Of a DNA stretch of 64,000 nucleotides, positions 18,872 through 27,351 are shown piece by piece (within the stretch, counting starts at the first letter, position 1; each line of letters opens with the position of its first letter). The stretch is taken from positions 1-64,000 of the IMG/VR virus record IMGVR_UViG_3300032219_002765; one strand, 5' to 3'. The notes below the pieces were generated by a model. It was given only the letters and a program-made list of their open reading frames with translations. It was not told where the DNA came from and made no database searches. A program made the position numbers and the translations under genes. Source of the DNA: a virus. Lineage: Duplodnaviria; Caudoviricetes.

Positions 18872-19624
18872 TTAAATATTTTTTTGATTACTGCTGTTAA
18901 TGCTGGGACTAAAGGAACGCACAATATTGCGGACTGACTCAGAACCTTGATGGTATACAGAGCCGTAATTGTATGCGTACCGAGACGATTTACCGCGATA
19001 AACATACCGCAAAGGAGTAGACATTAAACCAGGAGATTGAGAACGAATGGTTTCAGTAAAAGTTTGACAGTATACAGGAGCGTTATAGACCCATTCAGCA
19101 CGATTCTGTGTGCCTTGCGAGCCTAATATATTGGTTAGAAGGCCACCTTCGTAATTACGGTGAGTAACTCCTCCACCAGTTGTTCCCTCAGCTGCTGTAT
19201 TACTATCTGGCGTATTATATGGAGTGTATGCTTGGTCTGCCGGAGCTAAACCCCTGTAATACGTGTATTTTCCTGTATCGCGTAAACCATAATTAGCTCC
19301 TTCAGAAGTTACAACTTTGGCGTTTGCAATTGTTGTTGTAAATAATCCTCTATACCCCGTGTAGGAACTTAAAGATCCACTAGGCAGATAATCCGTATTT
19401 TCGTAATCAACCCAGTAACCAGATACTGCTTGAGGAACCGCACGCCACGCGGTTGTCGAATACCAAGAACCGCTATTCGGTGGCCCTGCTGTAATTACAC
19501 CAAGATCAGCTCCGGTATCTCGAATACCAGAACTTAAAACAACGTAGCCCTCGTGGTTAGGCCCACTTTGAATACGGTGCGGACCGCTGTCGTATTTGTA
19601 ATTGCTGAGAGGGCTATAAACCAC
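18872..19624 (-). CDS. hypothetical virion protein
   Basis: ORF track; Y/G/S/T-rich; adjacent to MCP. Confidence 0.5.
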   Translation of the reverse strand: MVYSPLSNYKYDSGPHRIQSGPNHEGYVVLSSGIRDTGADLGVITAGPPNSGSWYSTTAWRAVPQAVSGYWVDYENTDYLPSGSLSSYTGYRGLFTTTIANAKVVTSEGANYGLRDTGKYTYYRGLAPADQAYTPYNTPDSNTAAEGTTGGGVTHRNYEGGLLTNILGSQGTQNRAEWVYNAPVYCQTFTETIRSQSPGLMSTPLRYVYRGKSSRYAYNYGSVYHQGSESVRNIVRSFSPSINSSNQKNI

Positions 19625-19669
19625 GATAAATTCGCAGGCTTATACCCATTATAAGTTTTTAATCAAACT

Positions 19670-19855
19670 TCAATTTGTTTTAAGTTGTTCAATTTTGTCA
19701 TTAAGACCAATCATATCTATGCCGATATTGCCCATATCTTCGGCATAGGTTTGTTTCAAGGCTGCAAGTTCTGCTTCTAACTGCTGAATTTTTTCAGCAT
19801 CAGCACTGGCAGAACTTTGACTGTTACGGCGACGACCACCAAGTGAGTTAGACAT
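19670..19855 (-). CDS. small coiled-coil protein
   Basis: ORF track. Confidence 0.5.
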   Translation of the reverse strand: MSNSLGGRRRNSQSSASADAEKIQQLEAELAALKQTYAEDMGNIGIDMIGLNDKIEQLKTN

Positions 19856-19918
19856 TTTTCAGGAGGTTTTCTTTTTCTCAGTGTACTTGCAGGCCTTCTC
19901 CTTCGCTTGCAAAAGGAA

Positions 19919-20587
19919 TTACTCAATAAGCAGGCCTGTTTCTATATTAACTAAACCTGTCCCAGAAAAATGCCCGAAGGAACTGATGTCCAATTTCGGT
20001 GATTTTATAGAGCGCCACAAATGGACCATATTGTCAAATCGAATGTCGTCAATTAAAAGCCAACGAGGACGATTAAACGGTTTTAATCTTCTGCAAAGAT
20101 GCAGGAAAGTTCGTTCAAACTCGTCATCTTTAGGTCCATCCAACATGATGAAATCTGCAGATTCAAGTAAATCTCTGTGTTTTTCAAATTCAGAAACATC
20201 TTTAAGATCCGAAAGATGTTGCGTAAGACGCCCGGAAATAAAATCTTGTTCGGCTAAAACAGTCCAATCAAAACTGCAATAATCGTATAAATCAAAAGTA
20301 CTTACAGTAGCTTCAGACTCACTGAAATCAAGCATTACTCTTGAAGAACATCCTCGGTAAGTACCAATATCAATTAACTTGTTTGGTTTTAAAGTTTTTA
20401 CAAGACCAGCAAGAATGCGATAGTGCTCACCAGGAAAAATATTTGCGTACTCAAAATCAGGAATAATAGGTTCTGAAGCAGCAAACTTAATAGCTTCTGC
20501 AATCAACTCGTAATCTTTAAATTGTTGAGTAGCAAAGTCATCATCTAATGAGCAAAAAATGGACGGAATAACGTGACGAGCAATCAT
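19919..20587 (-). CDS. class I SAM-dependent methyltransferase (Methyltransf_24-like)
   Basis: LIDIGTYRGCSS; DFIMLDGPK; LLIDDI. Confidence 0.8.
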   Translation of the reverse strand: MIARHVIPSIFCSLDDDFATQQFKDYELIAEAIKFAASEPIIPDFEYANIFPGEHYRILAGLVKTLKPNKLIDIGTYRGCSSRVMLDFSESEATVSTFDLYDYCSFDWTVLAEQDFISGRLTQHLSDLKDVSEFEKHRDLLESADFIMLDGPKDDEFERTFLHLCRRLKPFNRPRWLLIDDIRFDNMVHLWRSIKSPKLDISSFGHFSGTGLVNIETGLLIE

Positions 20588-20591
20588 AGAT

Positions 20592-20621
20592 AAAAAAAAC
20601 CCCGTTCAATTATGAACGAGG
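20592..20621 (-). terminator. rho-independent terminator after the scaffold gene
   Basis: CCTCGTTCA-loop-TGAACGGGG followed by T8 on the minus strand. Confidence 0.7.
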
Positions 20622-20655
20622 CTTCGTGGCTTTAGGGGCTAGTTACGAAACGTAA

Positions 20656-21570
20656 TCAGCTGGCATCCATGAACAAGAGCTTGCTGCGGAACGCATCAGG
20701 ACTCATTTGAGACAGATAACGCCAAGCTTGATCGGGGTTACGGTTCATGGTGTCCGTAAAACCGTTCCACTGGGTGTCGCTGTTTGCAGCAGGAGCACCA
20801 GCCATAGCCGAAGCAGGAACAGCGGGAAGCTGATCGTAACGGGGCTGATAAGATTGCTGCTCGCTGACATCAGCATCAACAGGATACACTTCGGTAAAGA
20901 ACCGATTGGTGTAATCAGCAAGTTGATCGGGGTTTGTCAGAATCTGCTCCATGGCGGCGCCACGAGAGACAGCTGCATCAAGCACTTCATGCTGAGCAAT
21001 CAGTGCATCTTCAAGAACAACAGAGTACTGGTTAAGGATTCCAGGAGCGTCAATACCGAAGTGATTAACGACGGCGACGGTTTCTGGGCTTAACTGGGCT
21101 TTGGACTGCTGCTCCGTAGAAGTCGGATAAGAAGTCTGGGTTGTAGACTCGTTGTTGTACGAGGTCGGCTGAGCCGTAGGAGCCTGGTACAGATAAGGCT
21201 GGGCCTGTAAACTCTGACTGTAAAGTTGAGTATCCTGCGGTGCCGTTTGATACTGCGGATACTGTGCTGCCTGGCTGGGGGACGGGGAGATCCGAGAAAC
21301 CACCCGTTCCAAACTGCCCATCGCTGCTTCCCACGGGTTGGACGGGGAGGACGTTGACGGAAACTGGTTGTACTGGTTGCTGGTAGAAGGGACCGTACCC
21401 TGTGTTGCCTGCGACGGCGCTTGCGGCATAGTTGCCGAAGGTGCCACCTGGGTATTGGCTACCCACTGGGGGTAGGCTGTTGAGCCCTGGTCTGCCGATG
21501 GAGCCGCCGAAGGGGCCGCTACCGCCGGGGATGCCGGGCTCGGGATCGAAGCTGGGATCTGCTGGCTCAT
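20656..21570 (-). CDS. putative capsid scaffolding protein
   Basis: Low-complexity P/S/Q/A N-half, helical C-half; lies between portal and MCP; own terminator; first 506 nt overlap the portal ORF in another frame. Confidence 0.6.
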   Translation of the reverse strand: MSQQIPASIPSPASPAVAAPSAAPSADQGSTAYPQWVANTQVAPSATMPQAPSQATQGTVPSTSNQYNQFPSTSSPSNPWEAAMGSLERVVSRISPSPSQAAQYPQYQTAPQDTQLYSQSLQAQPYLYQAPTAQPTSYNNESTTQTSYPTSTEQQSKAQLSPETVAVVNHFGIDAPGILNQYSVVLEDALIAQHEVLDAAVSRGAAMEQILTNPDQLADYTNRFFTEVYPVDADVSEQQSYQPRYDQLPAVPASAMAGAPAANSDTQWNGFTDTMNRNPDQAWRYLSQMSPDAFRSKLLFMDAS

Positions 21571-23299
21571 AGCTGCCCGAGTAAGTCAGTTCTTGCGCAA
21601 GGTGGTCAAACGTCCTATAAAGCAAGGGCGTTATGTTTAGCCGAGGGTCAGCCGCAAGCGGTTGATTCGGCGCAAGTGGATGTGGCGCTTGCAACATCTG
21701 ATTTAATAATAATAGAAATTGTTGCATTGCGCCCTGTGTTTGCTGAATCATTCGGAAAGGAAATCCTTTCAACATCTCAGCACGCTCTGTATCAGTTTTA
21801 TCGGGGAATAAATATTTCAGAGCTTCGATGCTATCCACACCGAGTTCTTGGAGGTTTCGAACGACAATAGATTTCTGGTTAATGTCGTACGCCGTATCCT
21901 CATAAACATCCCCTTGGAACCGATAAGAAACCTCACGATCTCCGTCAGAAGGTAAGCCATAAACCCCGTTCGGGACTTTGTTTTGCTGCAACGCAGACAC
22001 CATTGCCGCGTCAATTTCGGTTTCGTATTTATTTATTTTTTTCTGGTATTTCTCTTGTGCTTCTTGAGTATTTTCTTTGGGCGGTTTGGGAGCTTCAAAC
22101 CCCATTACCTGTATAAAACTTTCGCGGAAAATTTGTTCTTGATGGAAAATAATCATCTCCAACAAGCGACAAAAACCGTACGAAAGAAAACTTTTATTTT
22201 TACGAAGGGCCGTAGCTTGAGCCCGACCCATTAGACCTTTAATCTCCGTTGCAGTGGCACCTGCCGAAATAGAAATTTCGTCGACACCCCCTAACGCAGT
22301 ACGTATTTCCTCTCTTAGCAAGAGCGAATAACGATTCATGTCCCCGTTAACCGGGTCGGGCGTCATATAGCCCACGCGGTCTGACGGCTCCACGTTGGCA
22401 ATAACGCGAGGCACACGCAGTCCGCCCATCAATGCGCTTGAACCAAAAGGTTCAGAAACACGAGTAGACGGAGTATCTCGTCCGCTAAATCCGCTTTGAC
22501 TACTAATTGTGGGACGGAAAGTCCGATCAGAATCCGCAGCTTCGACAAGATCGCTGCGTGGTCGGGAACTGATCAGAGTGGGGTTACCAAAAAATTCAAT
22601 ATTTTTAGCAATATTCTGCATCATGCTGTCATGCAGCACGATTTGTTCCATGAAGGGTTCAAATTCCCCTTCCCCTTCCGTTCCGCTACTGTTTGGTTTA
22701 TTTAAAACTTCAACAGCGGGAATAAAACCAAGTTCGTTTTTACGGCTATTTTTTGGAGTTAAAACAGTGCCTGGTTCTAACTCAAAACTAAGTTCACTGT
22801 TAGATTCAAACTCATTAATCTTATCTACAGTTATTGAAATACGAACGTAGCGTTTATTTTGCCCATAAGTATCGGCAGGCAACCCTAAAGTAGAATTTCT
22901 AACTTTATAACTGTAAATAATTACAACTTCTTCAATCTCACCGTTTACGTCGTGGTAAACACGGTACTGATGCTTCGAAAAAAAGTAAATTTGGTATTTT
23001 AATTTAGGATCAGGGCGAAAGTAAAATAAACCGCACCCGTCTATTAAAAAATTACGAATAATACTTGGAAAACGAATATCAATTTTGTTTAAAGACATCA
23101 AAGAGTCAATAAACTTATTCCTAGCTTTATAAGTATCCTGTTCGCAATAAAAAAGAACGCCTTTTTTAATCATAAGCAGCGTCATCTGCTGCAAATGGCT
23201 CAAAACCACCAGGGTGGCAGATTGTTTGCTTCGATCTTGCGTGCGAGAAGCTTCAAGAATCTCGCTAAAACGCTGACGAATGCTTAAATTGTCTGCCAT
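21065..23299 (-). CDS. portal protein with long G/P/S-rich C-terminal tail
   Basis: FIPAVEV...GEGEFEPFMEQIVLHDSMMQNIAKNIEFFGNPTLI resembles SPP1-type portals; context terminase-portal-scaffold-MCP. Confidence 0.7.
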   Translation of the reverse strand: MADNLSIRQRFSEILEASRTQDRSKQSATLVVLSHLQQMTLLMIKKGVLFYCEQDTYKARNKFIDSLMSLNKIDIRFPSIIRNFLIDGCGLFYFRPDPKLKYQIYFFSKHQYRVYHDVNGEIEEVVIIYSYKVRNSTLGLPADTYGQNKRYVRISITVDKINEFESNSELSFELEPGTVLTPKNSRKNELGFIPAVEVLNKPNSSGTEGEGEFEPFMEQIVLHDSMMQNIAKNIEFFGNPTLISSRPRSDLVEAADSDRTFRPTISSQSGFSGRDTPSTRVSEPFGSSALMGGLRVPRVIANVEPSDRVGYMTPDPVNGDMNRYSLLLREEIRTALGGVDEISISAGATATEIKGLMGRAQATALRKNKSFLSYGFCRLLEMIIFHQEQIFRESFIQVMGFEAPKPPKENTQEAQEKYQKKINKYETEIDAAMVSALQQNKVPNGVYGLPSDGDREVSYRFQGDVYEDTAYDINQKSIVVRNLQELGVDSIEALKYLFPDKTDTERAEMLKGFPFRMIQQTQGAMQQFLLLLNQMLQAPHPLAPNQPLAADPRLNITPLLYRTFDHLAQELTYSGSYEPADPSFDPEPGIPGGSGPFGGSIGRPGLNSLPPVGSQYPGGTFGNYAASAVAGNTGYGPFYQQPVQPVSVNVLPVQPVGSSDGQFGTGGFSDLPVPQPGSTVSAVSNGTAGYSTLQSEFTGPALSVPGSYGSADLVQQRVYNPDFLSDFYGAAVQSPVKPRNRRRR

Positions 23300-23329
23300 G
23301 ACCTGTTATCCGAGTTTTTCAGGCAGAGA

Positions 23330-23503
23330 TTACTTGCCCGAGTTTTCTTTATCAGCGCTACGTTTTACTTTAGCTTTTTTAGCCTTACGAAGAGCTTCGA
23401 TCCGAGCCATTTTTTTGCTTTTGTCATCAGTTTCGCCGTTTTTACCGGTCTCTTCCTTTTTTTTGAAACGTTCCAGTAATTCCTTAGGCATTTGATTGGC
23501 CAT
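23330..23503 (-). CDS. small basic protein (57 aa)
   Basis: Hand translation MANQMPKELLERFKKKEETGK...ALRKAKKAKVKRSADKENSGK. Confidence 0.6.
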   Translation of the reverse strand: MANQMPKELLERFKKKEETGKNGETDDKSKKMARIEALRKAKKAKVKRSADKENSGK

Positions 23504-24338
23504 TTGGCAGTAAATAGTTCTTTACTCGCTCTAGTTTAAACAGTTCTGGCGGTAAAAGCTCATGTGGGTACTGTTCCAGAATGTGATCTGCACGACCTAG
23601 AGGATCTGTACCGCCTGCTGTTGCTTTATAAGCTTCTAAATGAGTTAACATTTCGTCGCTGTAGGCCGGAGCAACTGCATTCGGGATGTCATCGAAACAA
23701 TGAGAAAACGAAGTTACTTTACGCTTCATTCGCTCAGCATCTCCCATCCACGAAAAATGCCACCCGGCATCGCAGTCACCTAGAACAATGTCATTCGGAT
23801 TCATACGAATCTGAGAAGGAGTTTTTTCTAAATGTTCTGCTAGAACAACAGTTCCACAAGTCCAGTTATCTGGAGCTTTTGTCCCATCTCCTAAGGGATC
23901 TCGCACACGTAAATCAGCTCGACCATAAAACATTGGCATAGACAGACGCACACAGCGATCACGATGTGCTTGAGCTAAATCAACAGCTTCTAAAAGACGA
24001 TCTGGTTTAGGAATTTCATCAACATCGCTGAAGAAAAATACTGAATCAGGTGGACACATCCTCATTCCGACACCTAAAGCATCCCTCTGTGCGTGTTCTC
24101 TTGACCAGGGAATGGAGCACTCCTCCACCGTGGGAAGCTCAACATGAAGAACTTGAATTTTTTCCTCGGGAAGTCCTAGCTCTCTAATTGTTTCTAAACA
24201 CGTAAAAGGTTTAGGATCGCCACGAAACGTCCGATTACCGTCTGTAATAATAAAAGCATCAACTATATCTTTTAGAATATTAATACGCAGCTCTAGTAGC
24301 TCCTTTTCATCAAAATATAAAAAGCAGTCAAACAGCAC
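23484..24338 (-). CDS. glycosyltransferase family 17-like (GnT-III-like)
   Basis: FDCFLYFDEKELLELR...REHAQR...FSDVDEIP...AGWHFSWMG...SFSH. Confidence 0.8.
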   Translation of the reverse strand: MLFDCFLYFDEKELLELRINILKDIVDAFIITDGNRTFRGDPKPFTCLETIRELGLPEEKIQVLHVELPTVEECSIPWSREHAQRDALGVGMRMCPPDSVFFFSDVDEIPKPDRLLEAVDLAQAHRDRCVRLSMPMFYGRADLRVRDPLGDGTKAPDNWTCGTVVLAEHLEKTPSQIRMNPNDIVLGDCDAGWHFSWMGDAERMKRKVTSFSHCFDDIPNAVAPAYSDEMLTHLEAYKATAGGTDPLGRADHILEQYPHELLPPELFKLERVKNYLLPNGQSNA

Positions 24339-24364
24339 GGAACTTTATTTCGACTGTCAGTATA

Positions 24365-24694
24365 TTAGCTCATCACGGCGGGGTTAGAACCGCCACCAGC
24401 ACGAATGTTTACGCTCCCATTAGAAGGTCGATTTTGCTGCTTGTTTTTTGCAGACTCAATTAACTGACGTTTAACAGCTTCCAAATTATATGTATCTGAT
24501 TCTGTTGCCGGGGCTGTACCTGTCTGAGGAGGAACAGCTCCACTCATGTAAGAATTGTCATCCTGCGAATCAAATTGATCCTCTTCCATAAAAGGACCGT
24601 CATAACGAATTTGATTATTTGAAGCAGAGGTCATAGCACCATAAGCTTTGCCAAAAAATTGACTAGCTTGGTCATAAGGAGATGCGAGGCCCAT
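24365..24694 (-). CDS. hypothetical protein
   Basis: ORF track. Confidence 0.5.
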   Translation of the reverse strand: MGLASPYDQASQFFGKAYGAMTSASNNQIRYDGPFMEEDQFDSQDDNSYMSGAVPPQTGTAPATESDTYNLEAVKRQLIESAKNKQQNRPSNGSVNIRAGGGSNPAVMS

Positions 24695-24738
24695 AAATCT
24701 GTTTATTTATTTACTAATAATAAACTGTAAAAGTAGTA

Positions 24739-24945
24739 TCAATCCATAATTTTATTAGCTATGAGAGCTTTGCTAATAAGGGCATCTTTTGTTTCATCAA
24801 GCAATTGCTGCATAAGCAAATATTGATCATTAGAAGAACTAGATAATTCTTGAGCAAAATCTGAAGACTCAGGTAATGCCCTTGAACGCCAAGTGGGGCG
24901 AGATGGTTTACCACCAAGTGATGTTAAAAGCGTAGTTAAGTCCAT
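24739..24945 (-). CDS. hypothetical protein
   Basis: ORF track; TAGACT 21 nt upstream. Confidence 0.5.
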   Translation of the reverse strand: MDLTTLLTSLGGKPSRPTWRSRALPESSDFAQELSSSSNDQYLLMQQLLDETKDALISKALIANKIMD

Positions 24946-24974
24946 AAAAAAACAGATTTGTAACTAGTCTACAT

Positions 24975-25193
24975 TTATTTTTTTAAGTTTTGTTCGATGT
25001 ACTTAGAAGCTTTCCTACGAGCTTCCTTAGCTTTTTCTGTATTTTGAACCCGAGTTCCCACGGGTTTTGAACCTGAGGTAGCTTTTTTCTTAATTTCGTC
25101 GGTTTCACGACGTTCTTCAGGCGTTAATGCAGCCCAAGCAGCCCGAGGTAAATAACGTTCGGTTCGACCTTTTTCGCGAGCTAAGTCAGCCAT
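24975..25193 (-). CDS. DUF5872-like basic protein, C-terminal half
   Basis: TERYLPRAAWAALTPEERRETDEIKK. Confidence 0.55.
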   Translation of the reverse strand: MADLAREKGRTERYLPRAAWAALTPEERRETDEIKKKATSGSKPVGTRVQNTEKAKEARRKASKYIEQNLKK

Positions 25194-25202
25194 ACAGTTA
25201 TT

Positions 25203-25436
25203 TTACTTGTCTTTTTCATGCTCCTCTCGTGTTTGCCAATCTTCTTTTGTCCATTGGCTAAGACGATTGGAAGAAGATTTTTTACCAGAATATTCTCCTC
25301 CCATATCCTTATAGTATTTAGTCGCTAACTGCATAGCTCGCGCACTATGTCCGCCTAATTTTGCTCGCGCTTTAGCTTTAGCGCGGGACCATTTTTCAGG
25401 ATCTCGTTTTTTAGCAATATCGTCAGCCATGATCAA
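25203..25436 (-). CDS. DUF5872-like basic protein, N-terminal half
   Basis: HSARAMQLATKYYKDMGGEYSGKK...LSQWTKEDW. Confidence 0.6.
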   Translation of the reverse strand: MIMADDIAKKRDPEKWSRAKAKARAKLGGHSARAMQLATKYYKDMGGEYSGKKSSSNRLSQWTKEDWQTREEHEKDK

Positions 25437-25717
25437 TAAAGCACATGACAGTGTTCAATAGTCGAGGTGCCGCTAATTTGCACAATAGAAATAGGTATAA
25501 TACCGTTAGTTGTAATATGATTTAAAGTAAAAGGAGTTTTAGAATCCGCTAAAACAACAACAAGTGATTTATCGGTTAACCTACTGCCATTTTCAACATA
25601 AATTGCTCTGGACGCCGCAAAAGTAATATTAGTTCCAGAAGGTGAAACAGAAAAACCGCTTGCATACGGGAGTGCGGCTGTCTGCCCGTATACGGAACCA
25701 AATGCTCTAACGTCCAT
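25433..25717 (-). CDS. hypothetical protein
   Basis: ORF track. Confidence 0.5.
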   Translation of the reverse strand: MDVRAFGSVYGQTAALPYASGFSVSPSGTNITFAASRAIYVENGSRLTDKSLVVVLADSKTPFTLNHITTNGIIPISIVQISGTSTIEHCHVLY

Positions 25718-25718
25718 T

Positions 25719-25958
25719 TTATTCGAGTGTTTCTAATAGTTTAGTCAAATATTCTACGGCTTTCTCAAGATCTTGTTTTCCGTTTTTATTTTCCCATCGC
25801 CACAGATATTTTTGTACATTTCCCCACAAAAAGCCTTGGTACTTTACTTCCCCCATACTAACCCTTATAACTTCAAAACATTCTAAACCAGACTTTTTAT
25901 AATAATCAGGTTGCACAGGATTATTACTAATCAAATGAGATGACTCCATGTGTTTCAA
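25719..25958 (-). CDS. DUF3310 family protein
   Basis: PVQPDYY...GFLWGNVQKYLWRWENKNGKQDLEKAVEYL. Confidence 0.85.
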   Translation of the reverse strand: MKHMESSHLISNNPVQPDYYKKSGLECFEVIRVSMGEVKYQGFLWGNVQKYLWRWENKNGKQDLEKAVEYLTKLLETLE

Positions 25959-26421
25959 GCCTATGGCAATTCGAGCATAGTATACGGCACTTTGCTATTT
26001 CAGCATAAATTTTGTCGATGTTTCGACAAAGAAGTTTAGAAACGTCAAATAACTTTGTTGTTTGAATTTTATGAGCAAAGTCAAGAGCACAAGGATGTTC
26101 TTTGTATCCACATCGCTCACAACCTTTTTGCATTTTTATAAAATTTAAAATCTGTCGTCTTTCCTTATATTTGGTTTTATTGCTACTAGCAATGGCTGCT
26201 TTAGATATTTTTTCAAAATTTTTATGAGCTTGAGGAGATAACCAACTTTCTTTGTAAAAACCATTTTCTAATATTTTAGATTTTTCATAAGTTCGAAATA
26301 TATAACCGTCTTCACGTATATCTCCTTTTTTATAGGGAACTTGCGTTTCAGAATTTAATCGTTTTTTTGGATCATAAGTTCCTAAATAATTCTTACATTT
26401 AATAAACTTCATAAAACTCAA
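25927..26421 (-). CDS. HNH endonuclease
   Basis: CERCG...ALDFAH...CRILCSNCHRLET. Confidence 0.75.
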   Translation of the reverse strand: MSFMKFIKCKNYLGTYDPKKRLNSETQVPYKKGDIREDGYIFRTYEKSKILENGFYKESWLSPQAHKNFEKISKAAIASSNKTKYKERRQILNFIKMQKGCERCGYKEHPCALDFAHKIQTTKLFDVSKLLCRNIDKIYAEIAKCRILCSNCHRLETHGVISFD

Positions 26422-27341
26422 AAAACTAACATTTCCTCAACGGATAATAAGTCACCATGCTGCTCTTTTAAGCGAGCAGAGTACTTATTGTCGTCGTGTT
26501 GAATCAAACCGCAATCTAAAATTTTATAAATTCCATTATCTCCAACAACAGGAACACATCTTCGATGCTCGTGGTTAGGTGGGGGATTTTCAAAAGCAAG
26601 TCCCATGGAACTTCGATCAGCTATAGGCCAATTTCTAATTCCCGTTTTTATATAACTTTTTTCGGGATCGTAACTATCCGATCGAATATAAGTTTCCCCA
26701 TCACGTTGATCCAAAATCATCCCGCAGTAATAAGGGCTTCCTAACTGCACAAAAAAATCAATTTCAAAATCAACAACCAATAATTTGGGAACTGTAAAAC
26801 CAATGTTATGCCAAACATTAGGTGTTTCTTTTGTCAAATACCATTTTTCGTAATTGCCAATGGGGATACGTTTATTGTCAAAATTTTCAAACAATGCAAA
26901 ACCCGGCTCTAAGTTGTAGCGGCTTAAAACAGGTTTCCACTTCATAAAATAATCAAAATTATCCCGACGAATCAAAACATCGTTTTCTTGATAAATATAA
27001 AAATCTGCCTGCCTATTAAGGATGGCAAGCGCAAGATCGGTTTTATGCGCCCAAGTCAAATACCAATTTTGGTATTCAGGCGACGCTACTTTGACGTTAA
27101 TTTTTAACTTATCGAACTGCTCAAGCACCGATTCCAGTGTCGGTACGTCTTCTTGAGCTTCGTAATTAACGTAAATATTAACACAGATTTCATGCGGAAA
27201 TTTTTGATACTCGTTTAGAACATTGATTAAAGAATTTAATCGTTGCAAGGGGTTATGGGCAGTAATTGCAACCCAAATTTTCTTAGACATATCGCGAGGC
27301 TCGGCAGTGCCGAGAGACTGTTCGAACTTTAGTTGTTCCAC
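26418..27341 (-). CDS. glycosyltransferase-like (GT-A fold) protein
   Basis: IWVAITAHN start strand; YIYQEND at the DxD position. Confidence 0.45.
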   Translation of the reverse strand: MEQLKFEQSLGTAEPRDMSKKIWVAITAHNPLQRLNSLINVLNEYQKFPHEICVNIYVNYEAQEDVPTLESVLEQFDKLKINVKVASPEYQNWYLTWAHKTDLALAILNRQADFYIYQENDVLIRRDNFDYFMKWKPVLSRYNLEPGFALFENFDNKRIPIGNYEKWYLTKETPNVWHNIGFTVPKLLVVDFEIDFFVQLGSPYYCGMILDQRDGETYIRSDSYDPEKSYIKTGIRNWPIADRSSMGLAFENPPPNHEHRRCVPVVGDNGIYKILDCGLIQHDDNKYSARLKEQHGDLLSVEEMLVF

Positions 27342-27351
27342 GGAGGGAAAA

